Source: Gemmatimonadota bacterium (lineage in GTDB: Bacteria; Gemmatimonadota; Gemmatimonadetes; Gemmatimonadales; GWC2-71-9). Taken from it: a stretch of DNA of 64,000 nt. The notes beneath the pieces are model-generated. The model had not been told where the DNA came from. It ran no database searches and saw only the letters and a list, made by a program, of their open reading frames with translations. The stretch spans positions 71,662 through 135,661 of the forward strand of contig QHVB01000026.1 of the NCBI GenBank assembly GCA_003222195.1. Direction: 5' to 3'. A program made the position numbers and the translations under genes. This document shows positions 40,264-47,741 of this stretch, one piece after another (position 1 is the stretch's first letter; each line of letters opens with the position of its first letter).

Positions 40264-40787
40264 CCGGACAGTGATGTTGCTCGGCGGCAGTGGGGTCGTG
40301 GGCCATGCCGTCGCACGCCGTGTGCTGGCGGCGCCATCGCCGAGGCGTACCTGTGCCGCCAGCTTTGCCCGAACGTGCGAGCCCTCGCGGGCAGCCAGGC
40401 CGGGGCGCTTGCGAAGGCAGCGTGGCGCTTGCTCACCACGGACGGGGCGCTGCGGCAGCAGATTATCTCCGTCGGGTTGCCGATCGTGGCGCCTGAAGGC
40501 AAAAATGTCTACCGCGGTAGCACCGTCGTCGTCCCACCCGAAGCCGGCCGCGACCCGCTGAGCGTCGCACCGCGCGTTGGGTCGATCTGCGTCCGGAGCA
40601 GTTCGGGCTGTGGATCCGGGGGGCCGGCAGCATGATCCGGGAGGCGGAAACGCGACACGCCGGGCCCCAGAGCTCCGGCAGCGACGTCGAGTGGAACGCG
40701 ATCGAGCCCGATGATCCGATCGAGCCCTCACGCTTCGCCACGTGGGTCTTTACCGTCGAGGACAAGGGGACGCGAATCAAGCGCTAA
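40250..40787 (+). pseudogene. frameshifted ORF (three-frame coding signal) with N-terminal Rossmann-like motif
   Basis: High GC3 runs in frame 2 (40250 to about 40333; MDLADRTVMLLGGSGVVGHAVARRVLAA). It then moves to frame 1 (to about 40575) and frame 0 (to TAA 40785-40787, which shares one nt with the next gene's ATG). Confidence 0.4.
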
Positions 40788-42379
40788 TGGCGATCGACAC
40801 AGGAGCAGTGGACCGCGCGCTCGGCGCGATCGGCACGACCTTCCGGCTGACACGCCTGTATCCGCCGTCGCATCCGGCGGTACTCGAAGCGATGCGCCAC
40901 ATCACCGCCTCGCTGCCGGCACTCGCCGGGCTGGGGTCGGTGGAGTTGAAGATCGGCGCGACGGGACTGCACTGGCACGGCCAGCATCTGCTGCCGCGCA
41001 ACACCCAAGTCGCCGAGCTTGCCGGCCTGTTGTTCGCGCGCGGCGTCCGTTCGATTCAGATCAATCCCGGTGTTACGGCGGAGCACTGGCTCGGTCTGTT
41101 TGGCGTCGCCGTAGGCAACGTTGCACCCGACGACGCTGTGCTCGGGCGCATTGCGGTGCTGCTCGGCCGCCGCGCCAGCCAGCGGCTCTCCGCCTCCCGC
41201 GTGCTTGAGGAAGTCGCACCTGCTGCGCCGCCCGCCGCCCCCTCGCCGCCGGTTTCAGTCGACGCCCCTTCGCCGCCGGTTCAATCGCCGCCCCCCGCCG
41301 CCCCATCGGCGCCGGTTTTCATCGCTGCCCCTGCGCCGCCTGCAGAGACGGTCGGACCGACGCGCCAGAGCAGTGCGTTCCGGCCCGATGTGCTGCCGGC
41401 CGATGTCGAAGCGCGACGCGCCGTCACTGCGTTGCAGGCCGCGTCGCGACCCGAAGACCAGCGGACGATGATCGACAAGCTGCGGCAGCTCACGCCGGAC
41501 GTGATCGCATTGCGCGACATCGGCGCCGTGGCCGAGGTCGTGGCCGGGCTCGATCGGTCGCTCGGCAAGATTCAGGATCCCGAGATGCAAGAGGCCATCG
41601 GGGATGTGGCGGGGGCGCTTGCGGACGAGGCTATAGTGGAGCGTATGGTGACGCGGCTTGGCGAGCCCCGTGTCCCGCCTGCCGAGCGCGCGCATCTGGT
41701 GAATGCGGTGGGGGCGTTGGGCGCCGTCTCAGCGGGTCTCGTGGTGGATGCGTATCTGCACGCGGCGCCGGAGCTGCGCGAGGCGTATCGCGCAGCCATG
41801 CGGGCGGCTGGAGAACGCACGGTGGAACTGCTGCAGAGCCGCGTTTCCAGCAAAGTACCCGAGGTGGTCGCGGCCGCGGCGGAGTTCTTAGGGCTGAGTG
41901 GCAGCCCGGAAGTCGCCGAATCGCTCATCGGACTTACGCACCACGCCGATGAGCGCGTGCGGGAAGCGGCGCTCCTCGGTCTCGCGGAGCTGGGTGGACG
42001 AGAGATCGCGCGGCCCGCGATGCCGGCGTTGAAAGACGAATCGGTGTTGGTGCGCACGGCCGCGGCGCGCGCGATTGCGGCGGCGGGCGATATGGGGGCG
42101 ACGACGGTCATGGTGCGACGGCTGGAGCAGGAGAAGGACGAGGGGGTATTGGCTGCGTTGCTGAAGGCGATCGGCCAGCTGGGAGCCAAGGAAGCTCTGG
42201 AAGTGCTCGCGAAGTACGCCGAACCCGGCGGGAGACCGCGGCGCACGCCGTTCGTGCGCGCGGCCGCCATCGAAGGACTGGCGAGTCTGGATCGAATGGA
42301 GGCAAAAGCGTTGCTCGAGCTCTATGCGCGGGACAAGGAGCCCACGGTGAAGCGCGCCGCGGAGGCGTCACTCCGATGA
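40787..42379 (+). CDS. HEAT-repeat protein with N-terminal YPxxHP domain and Pro-rich linker
   Basis: C-terminal PBS-lyase-type HEAT repeats (DERVREAALLGLAEL, DESVLVRTAAARAIAA, DKEPTVKRAAEASL). Its stop forms an ATGA overlap with the moxR start. Confidence 0.75.
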   Translation: MAIDTGAVDRALGAIGTTFRLTRLYPPSHPAVLEAMRHITASLPALAGLGSVELKIGATGLHWHGQHLLPRNTQVAELAGLLFARGVRSIQINPGVTAEHWLGLFGVAVGNVAPDDAVLGRIAVLLGRRASQRLSASRVLEEVAPAAPPAAPSPPVSVDAPSPPVQSPPPAAPSAPVFIAAPAPPAETVGPTRQSSAFRPDVLPADVEARRAVTALQAASRPEDQRTMIDKLRQLTPDVIALRDIGAVAEVVAGLDRSLGKIQDPEMQEAIGDVAGALADEAIVERMVTRLGEPRVPPAERAHLVNAVGALGAVSAGLVVDAYLHAAPELREAYRAAMRAAGERTVELLQSRVSSKVPEVVAAAAEFLGLSGSPEVAESLIGLTHHADERVREAALLGLAELGGREIARPAMPALKDESVLVRTAAARAIAAAGDMGATTVMVRRLEQEKDEGVLAALLKAIGQLGAKEALEVLAKYAEPGGRPRRTPFVRAAAIEGLASLDRMEAKALLELYARDKEPTVKRAAEASLR

Positions 42380-43350
42380 CCACACGCACGGCGAAGACGA
42401 CCGATGCGGTACTGACGCAGACGATCACGCGCGAAGTTGCCAAGCGCATCGTCGGGCAGGAGGTCATGGTGGAGCGCCTGCTGATTGGGCTGCTCACCGG
42501 AGGCCACATACTACTCGAAGGCGTGCCGGGACTGGCCAAGACGCTCGCCGTAAAAACCGTCGCCGAGTGCCTGCGGATCACCTTCTCGCGGATCCAGTTC
42601 ACGCCCGATCTGCTGCCGGCCGACGTGATCGGCACGATGGTGTTCGATCAGCGCTCGCAGGAGTTCTATCCCAAGAAGGGCCCGCTGTTCGCGAACCTCG
42701 TCCTCGCCGATGAAATCAACCGCGCGCCCGCGAAAGTCCAGTCGGCGCTGCTCGAGGCGATGCAGGAGAAGCAGGTGACGATCGGCGGGGAGACCTTCTA
42801 TCTCGGCGAGCCATTCCTCGTGCTCGCGACGCAGAACCCGATCGAGCACGAAGGGACGTACCCGCTGCCCGAGGCGCAGCTCGACCGTTTCATGCTCAAG
42901 GTGCGGGTCGGCTATCCATCGCGCGATGCCGAAAAGGAAATCGTGGGTCGCATGGCCTCGGGACGGCCGATCGAGGTGCAGCGGATCGCGGAAGCCGAAG
43001 ACATTCTCGCCGCCCGGAGCGCGATCGCCGAGCTGTTCATGGATCAGAAGGTGGTCGACTACATCGTGGACGCCGTGCGCGCAACCCGTGAGCCGCAGGC
43101 GGTCGGTCTGCCGGAGCTCAAGCCGCTGATCGCGTTCGGCGCCTCGCCGCGCGCGTCGATCTATCTCGCCCAGGCCGCCCGCGCGCACGCCTACCTGCGC
43201 GGCCGCGCCTTCGTCGTACCCGAGGACGTGAAGGCGATGGCCTTCGACGTGCTGCGGCATCGCATCCTGCTCACGTTCGAAGCCGAGGCGGAGGACGTGG
43301 ACACCGACCACGTGATCACGAAGATCCTCGAGGCGGTCGGAGTGCCGTGA
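42376..43350 (+). CDS. MoxR-family AAA+ ATPase
   Basis: GHILLEGVPGLAKT Walker A, LADEINRAP Walker B, ATQNPIEHEGTYPLPEAQLDRF. Confidence 0.93.
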   Translation: MTTRTAKTTDAVLTQTITREVAKRIVGQEVMVERLLIGLLTGGHILLEGVPGLAKTLAVKTVAECLRITFSRIQFTPDLLPADVIGTMVFDQRSQEFYPKKGPLFANLVLADEINRAPAKVQSALLEAMQEKQVTIGGETFYLGEPFLVLATQNPIEHEGTYPLPEAQLDRFMLKVRVGYPSRDAEKEIVGRMASGRPIEVQRIAEAEDILAARSAIAELFMDQKVVDYIVDAVRATREPQAVGLPELKPLIAFGASPRASIYLAQAARAHAYLRGRAFVVPEDVKAMAFDVLRHRILLTFEAEAEDVDTDHVITKILEAVGVP

Positions 43351-44288
43351 AGTACGAAGGACCAGAGCGCCGCAAGGAAGCGAGGTCCCCGGTCCAGGCG
43401 CGTCGGCGGGCCGTTACCACCGACGTGCTCAAGCAGGTGAAGGGGATCGAGCTGCGGACTCGGAACCTCGTCAGCACCCTGTTCTCCGGCGAATACCGCT
43501 CCGTCTTCCGCGGCCAAGGGATCGAGTTCGCCGAAGTGCGGGCCTACCAACAGGGTGACGACTTTCGCGCCATCGATTGGAACGTCTCGGCGCGCATGGG
43601 CCACCCGTTCGTCAAGACCTTTATGGAGGAGCGCGAACTGACGCTGCTCCTCATCGTGGACCAATCGGGATCGCTGCACTTCGGCCGGCCCTACACCAAG
43701 GCCGGGCTCGCGGTCGAGGTTGCCGCGGTGCTGGCTCTCGCCGCGGCCCGGCACAACGACCGGGTCGGGGCGCTCCTGTTCGCCGACGCACCCGAGTACG
43801 TCGTGCGCCCCGCGAAAGGACGCGCCCACGCCTTGCGTGTCATCCGCGACCTCGTGGCGTTCGCGCCTCGCGGTCGGGGCACGAACCTCGGCGGGGCGCT
43901 GAGTTACGCCGCGAAACTGCTGCGGCACCGGGCTATCGTCGTCGTACTCTCGGACTTTCGTGCCGAGGAGTGGGAGGACCCGCTCACGCAGCTCGCGGCG
44001 CGCCACGAGGTCGTGGCGATCACGATCGACGATCCGCGGGAGTACGACCTCCCGGACGCGGGGTGGGTAGAGCTCGAAGATGCGGAGACGGGGCAGCGCT
44101 TGCTCGTGGATACGAGCCACGGCCCCACGCGCACGCGCATCCGGGTCGCGGCCGAACGGATGCAACAGGAGCGCAGTCGCAAGCTCGTCCAGGCTGGGGT
44201 AGATCGCGTGTCGCTCTTCACCACCATCCCGTACGGGGTTCCGTTGCGGCGTGCCTTTGCCGAGCGGGCGAGGCGCCTGAGCCGGTGA
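43347..44288 (+). CDS. DUF58 domain protein
   Basis: GEYRSVFRGQGIEFAEVRAYQQGDDFRAIDWNVSAR is the DUF58 signature. GTGA overlaps on both sides. Confidence 0.88.
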   Translation: MKYEGPERRKEARSPVQARRRAVTTDVLKQVKGIELRTRNLVSTLFSGEYRSVFRGQGIEFAEVRAYQQGDDFRAIDWNVSARMGHPFVKTFMEERELTLLLIVDQSGSLHFGRPYTKAGLAVEVAAVLALAAARHNDRVGALLFADAPEYVVRPAKGRAHALRVIRDLVAFAPRGRGTNLGGALSYAAKLLRHRAIVVVLSDFRAEEWEDPLTQLAARHEVVAITIDDPREYDLPDAGWVELEDAETGQRLLVDTSHGPTRTRIRVAAERMQQERSRKLVQAGVDRVSLFTTIPYGVPLRRAFAERARRLSR

Positions 44289-45127
44289 TCGCGGGAGCGC
44301 TTCTGCTACTCGTGCTTCAAGCCGAGGGATGGACAGCGGCTCCGCTGCGGCCAACGGTCGGCGATACGATCCGGCTCGAGCGCGCGGTCGGAGCGCCGGC
44401 GGGCTGGCGCGTCCGGGCCGGCAAGCTCGCCTCGGGCACGGTCGCCGAGCCGCTCGGGGATGCCGTGGTACTTGCCAGCGCTTCCGGCGGCTGGGTGGTT
44501 CGATATGCCGTGGTGGCGTGGAGACCTGGCGAGATCACGCTGGCGATGCCTCCGATCTGGCGACTTGGCCCCGATGGGACAGCGGACTCATTGGCCGGCG
44601 GGACGGCGGCGTTCCACGTCGCGAGCGTCATCCCCGACAGCGTGAAGGCCCCCGCGCCGCAGCCCGCCGTCGCGCCGCTGCGGCTCGAACGAGCCAGTGC
44701 GATTCCCGTCACCCTGGCCGTGGTCCTCGCCGGCGGCGTGCTGTTGCTCCTGATCGGGTGGCGACGCCGCGGCCCGCGCGTCATCGCAGCCGGTCCGGCA
44801 CTCGCGGCCGAAGGGGAAATCCCGGACTCGCGCTGGCTCTCCGCCGGCGAGCCGAAGGCGGTTGCGGCGCGGGCGACGCAGCGGCTGCGCCGCGCAGTGG
44901 CGAATGCGATCCCCGACGCACACGAGGCCCTGAGCACCGCGGAATGTCTGGCGGCAATCGAACGAGCGTGGCCCAAGGCGCCGCTGCGTGATCTGCGGGA
45001 GCTGCTGCAGACGCTCGATCAGGTCGCGTTTGCGACGGCGCACGGAGTGGAGGTCGCTCCGCTCGCGGCGCGCGCACGAACCCTCGCACGGGAGTTCAAG
45101 AGGGACGGGAAGGAGGCGTCGCGATGA
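44285..45127 (+). CDS. hypothetical membrane protein of the Bat/MoxR operon
   Basis: High GC3. A central TM helix followed by WRRR. Sits where Bat-type operons carry a small membrane protein. Confidence 0.6.
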   Translation: MIAGALLLLVLQAEGWTAAPLRPTVGDTIRLERAVGAPAGWRVRAGKLASGTVAEPLGDAVVLASASGGWVVRYAVVAWRPGEITLAMPPIWRLGPDGTADSLAGGTAAFHVASVIPDSVKAPAPQPAVAPLRLERASAIPVTLAVVLAGGVLLLLIGWRRRGPRVIAAGPALAAEGEIPDSRWLSAGEPKAVAARATQRLRRAVANAIPDAHEALSTAECLAAIERAWPKAPLRDLRELLQTLDQVAFATAHGVEVAPLAARARTLAREFKRDGKEASR

Positions 45128-46104
45128 CATTCGCCCGGCCGCTGCTTCTGCTGCTGCTCGCGGCGTTGCCGCTCTGGTGGTGGTGGCGCCGCGAGCGCCT
45201 GGCGAAGCTCGCCGGTGCGCCGATGAGCGACGTCCGGCCCGCGCTGGGACCGGTGGAGCGACTGTGGATCGCGCGGCTTCCCGCGTCGCTGCGATCCGTG
45301 TGTCTCGGCGCGTGGATCATTGCCGCGGCCGGTCCGCGACTCGGATCGGCGCGCGCGGAGCTGCGCAGCGAGGGGATCTCGATCGTGCTGGCGGTCGACA
45401 TCTCGAGCAGCATGCTCGCTGAAGATTTCTCGCCTTCGAATCGCCTGGATGTGGCGCGGCGCACCGCGACGGAGTTCGTCCGCGCGCGTGTCTCGGATCG
45501 CATCGGCCTCGTCGCGTTCGCCGGGCAAGCGCTGACTCAGGTGCCGATTACCACGGATTACGAAGTTCTCGAAGAAGCGATTCGGCAGCTGCGCGTGGGA
45601 ATTGTGGAGGACGGAACCGCAATCGGCACGGCCATCGCGACGAGCGCGAACCGTCTGCGCCGTACTCCCGGCAAAAGCAAAGTGGTCATCCTGTTGACGG
45701 ACGGCGTGAACAACAAGGGTATCGTCGATCCGCGCACTGCGGCGCAGGCGGCGGCGACGTTCGGGATCAAGATTTACACCATCGCTGTCGGGAGGCAGGG
45801 CGAGGCGCCCGTGCCGACAGGCCAAGGTCCGCTCGGACTTCGCTACGAGACCCTGCCGGTCGAGATCGACGAGCAGCTGCTCGGGGAGATCGCGCAGACC
45901 ACTGGCGGCCGCTACTTCCGCGCAACCGACGCCGCGTCGCTCTCGAACATTTTCCGCGAGATCGATCGACTCGAGAAGACGCCGGTGCAGCATCTCGTGT
46001 ATCATCGGTACGATGAGGCCTACCGCGTGCCGCTGAGTATCGGGCTGCTGGCGTTGGCACTCGAGCTGGTCCTCGCCGGCACATTCGCGGTGCGGGTTCC
46101 GTGA
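45124..46104 (+). CDS. VWA domain protein (BatA-like)
   Basis: N-terminal TM helices, VLAVDISSSM MIDAS motif, LLTDGVNN, and a C-terminal TM helix. Confidence 0.88.
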   Translation: MTFARPLLLLLLAALPLWWWWRRERLAKLAGAPMSDVRPALGPVERLWIARLPASLRSVCLGAWIIAAAGPRLGSARAELRSEGISIVLAVDISSSMLAEDFSPSNRLDVARRTATEFVRARVSDRIGLVAFAGQALTQVPITTDYEVLEEAIRQLRVGIVEDGTAIGTAIATSANRLRRTPGKSKVVILLTDGVNNKGIVDPRTAAQAAATFGIKIYTIAVGRQGEAPVPTGQGPLGLRYETLPVEIDEQLLGEIAQTTGGRYFRATDAASLSNIFREIDRLEKTPVQHLVYHRYDEAYRVPLSIGLLALALELVLAGTFAVRVP

Positions 46105-47741
46105 TCACGTTCGACGCGCCAATCGTCGTCGCGCTCTCTCCCGTCGTTGCCGCCGCGGTCTGGGCGGCCGCGTCGTGGGCGCGACGCTCGCGAGTGCACC
46201 GGGCTGCCGCATGGTCGGAAGCGACGGCGCGCATCGCCCGCTCCGCGGGGCGATTCGGCGCGCCCGCACTGGGGCTCGCCGCGTGGCTCGCCGCTGTCGC
46301 GCTTTCGGGCCCGCGCTGGGGTGAGGAACGGATCGTGACCGAGACGCGTGGGCTCAACCTGGTATTCGCGATCGACATTTCGCGCTCGATGCTGGCCGAA
46401 GACGCCAAGCCCAGCAGGCTGGGGCGCGCCCTGCGCGAAGCGCGCCGGTTGGTCCAGGACCTCGACGGCGATCGACTCGGGCTCTCCGCCTTCGCGGGCA
46501 CGAGCTACATCCTCTCGCCCCTGTCCGTCGACGGCTCGGCGCTCACGCTGTATCTCGATGCCCTGGACCCGGACGTGGCGTCCGAGGGCGGCACATCGCT
46601 GGCCCCGGCGCTCGCCCAGGGTATCGACCTCCTCCATGCCAGCCCGGAAATCGCCGATCGCGTGCTCGTCATGTTTACCGATGGCGAAGCCCACGACTCG
46701 CTCGAGCAGGCGGTACAGGAAGCCCGCCGCCTTGCGGGACTCGGCATTCATCTGATCCTGGTGGCGGAAGGCGGGAAGCAGCCGACCAAGATTCCCGTGC
46801 GCGACGATCGCGGGACGCTGGTCTCCTGGCAGCAAGACGAATCGGGGACTCAGATCCTGACGAGCCGGCGCGACGACGTGCTGGGGGCGATCGCCGATGC
46901 GGCGCAGGGGACGATCGTCGCCGCGGAGCTGCCGGATCAGGCCGGCGCGGTGCGCGACCTCGTCGCCTCGTATAAGCGCGCGACGGCGACGGAGAGCCGC
47001 ACACAACACGGCCGGCCGCGCGCCTGGATTCCGTTGCTGCTCGCGGGGTTGGTGTTGGCGGCGCAGACATTCACCCGCCGCACCGCTGCGCTGATCGGAT
47101 TGCTGTTCTGTATCGGGCCGACGCTGCAGGCGCAGCGGCCGCGCTCCACCGCCGAGAAGGCATGGGATCAGGGCGATTCGCGCGCCGCCGCGGCCGCCTA
47201 TCTCGCCGAGCTGAAAGCGCACGAGGACGATGACACCGCGTGGTACAACACGGGGACGGCGGCGCTCGCCGCCGGCGATCCCACGCTCGCACGTTCAACG
47301 CTCGCCCGCGCCGCCGCCTCACTCGATCCCGAGCTCCGTTTCCGCGCGCTCTACAATCTCGGCTTGCTGGCGCTGCTCGAGGCGAAATCGGACACGACCG
47401 GCCGTGAGGCTCATCTGGCCGACGCCGAGCGCGCCTATCGCGAGGCTCTGTTACTCAAGCCGTTCCACGTCCGCGCCAAGTGGAACCTCGAGCTCGTGAA
47501 TCGGCTGCGCCGCGGTGGAGGACAGAACCAGCCCAATCCACCGCCGCCCCCATCACCGGGTGGCGGGGGCGGCGGTGGCGGGGCGCAGCCACCCCCCCCT
47601 CCGCCGAGTGGCGGGAATGGGATGAACGAGTCGCAAGCGGATCAGGTGCTGCGCTCGATCGGGCAGGAGGAGTTACGCACGCGCCGCGACCGCACGGGTC
47701 GCACGCGGCGGGCTGCGCCCGCGGGAGTGAAGGACTGGTGA
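46101..47741 (+). CDS. VWA plus TPR protein (BatB-BatC-like fusion) with Pro/Gly-rich tail
   Basis: VFAIDISRSM MIDAS motif, MFTDGEAH, TM helix, TPR helices, then a PPPPPSPGGGGGGG low-complexity stretch. Confidence 0.85.
   Translation: MITFDAPIVVALSPVVAAAVWAAASWARRSRVHRAAAWSEATARIARSAGRFGAPALGLAAWLAAVALSGPRWGEERIVTETRGLNLVFAIDISRSMLAEDAKPSRLGRALREARRLVQDLDGDRLGLSAFAGTSYILSPLSVDGSALTLYLDALDPDVASEGGTSLAPALAQGIDLLHASPEIADRVLVMFTDGEAHDSLEQAVQEARRLAGLGIHLILVAEGGKQPTKIPVRDDRGTLVSWQQDESGTQILTSRRDDVLGAIADAAQGTIVAAELPDQAGAVRDLVASYKRATATESRTQHGRPRAWIPLLLAGLVLAAQTFTRRTAALIGLLFCIGPTLQAQRPRSTAEKAWDQGDSRAAAAAYLAELKAHEDDDTAWYNTGTAALAAGDPTLARSTLARAAASLDPELRFRALYNLGLLALLEAKSDTTGREAHLADAERAYREALLLKPFHVRAKWNLELVNRLRRGGGQNQPNPPPPPSPGGGGGGGGAQPPPPPPSGGNGMNESQADQVLRSIGQEELRTRRDRTGRTRRAAPAGVKDW

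Noticed and set aside
40261-40635. Read-through or selenocysteine recoding of the rluB TGA, because rluB's frame stays open for 375 nt after the stop.
   Set aside because: The first 60 nt or so after the TGA have poor third-position GC in that frame, while another frame (from ATG 40250) carries the coding signal. The open frame is explained by the frameshifted downstream gene.
41240-41330. Three approximately 27-bp repeats (CCCYTCGCCGCCGGTTYCA...) in the HEAT protein gene. They share 8-12-mers with the decamer array at 30674 and the heptamer array at 51149.
   Set aside because: They encode a Pro/Ala/Ser-rich linker (PSPPVSVDA PSPPVQSPP...). The shared k-mers are short and GC-biased, so relatedness to the other arrays cannot be claimed without a statistical k-mer test.
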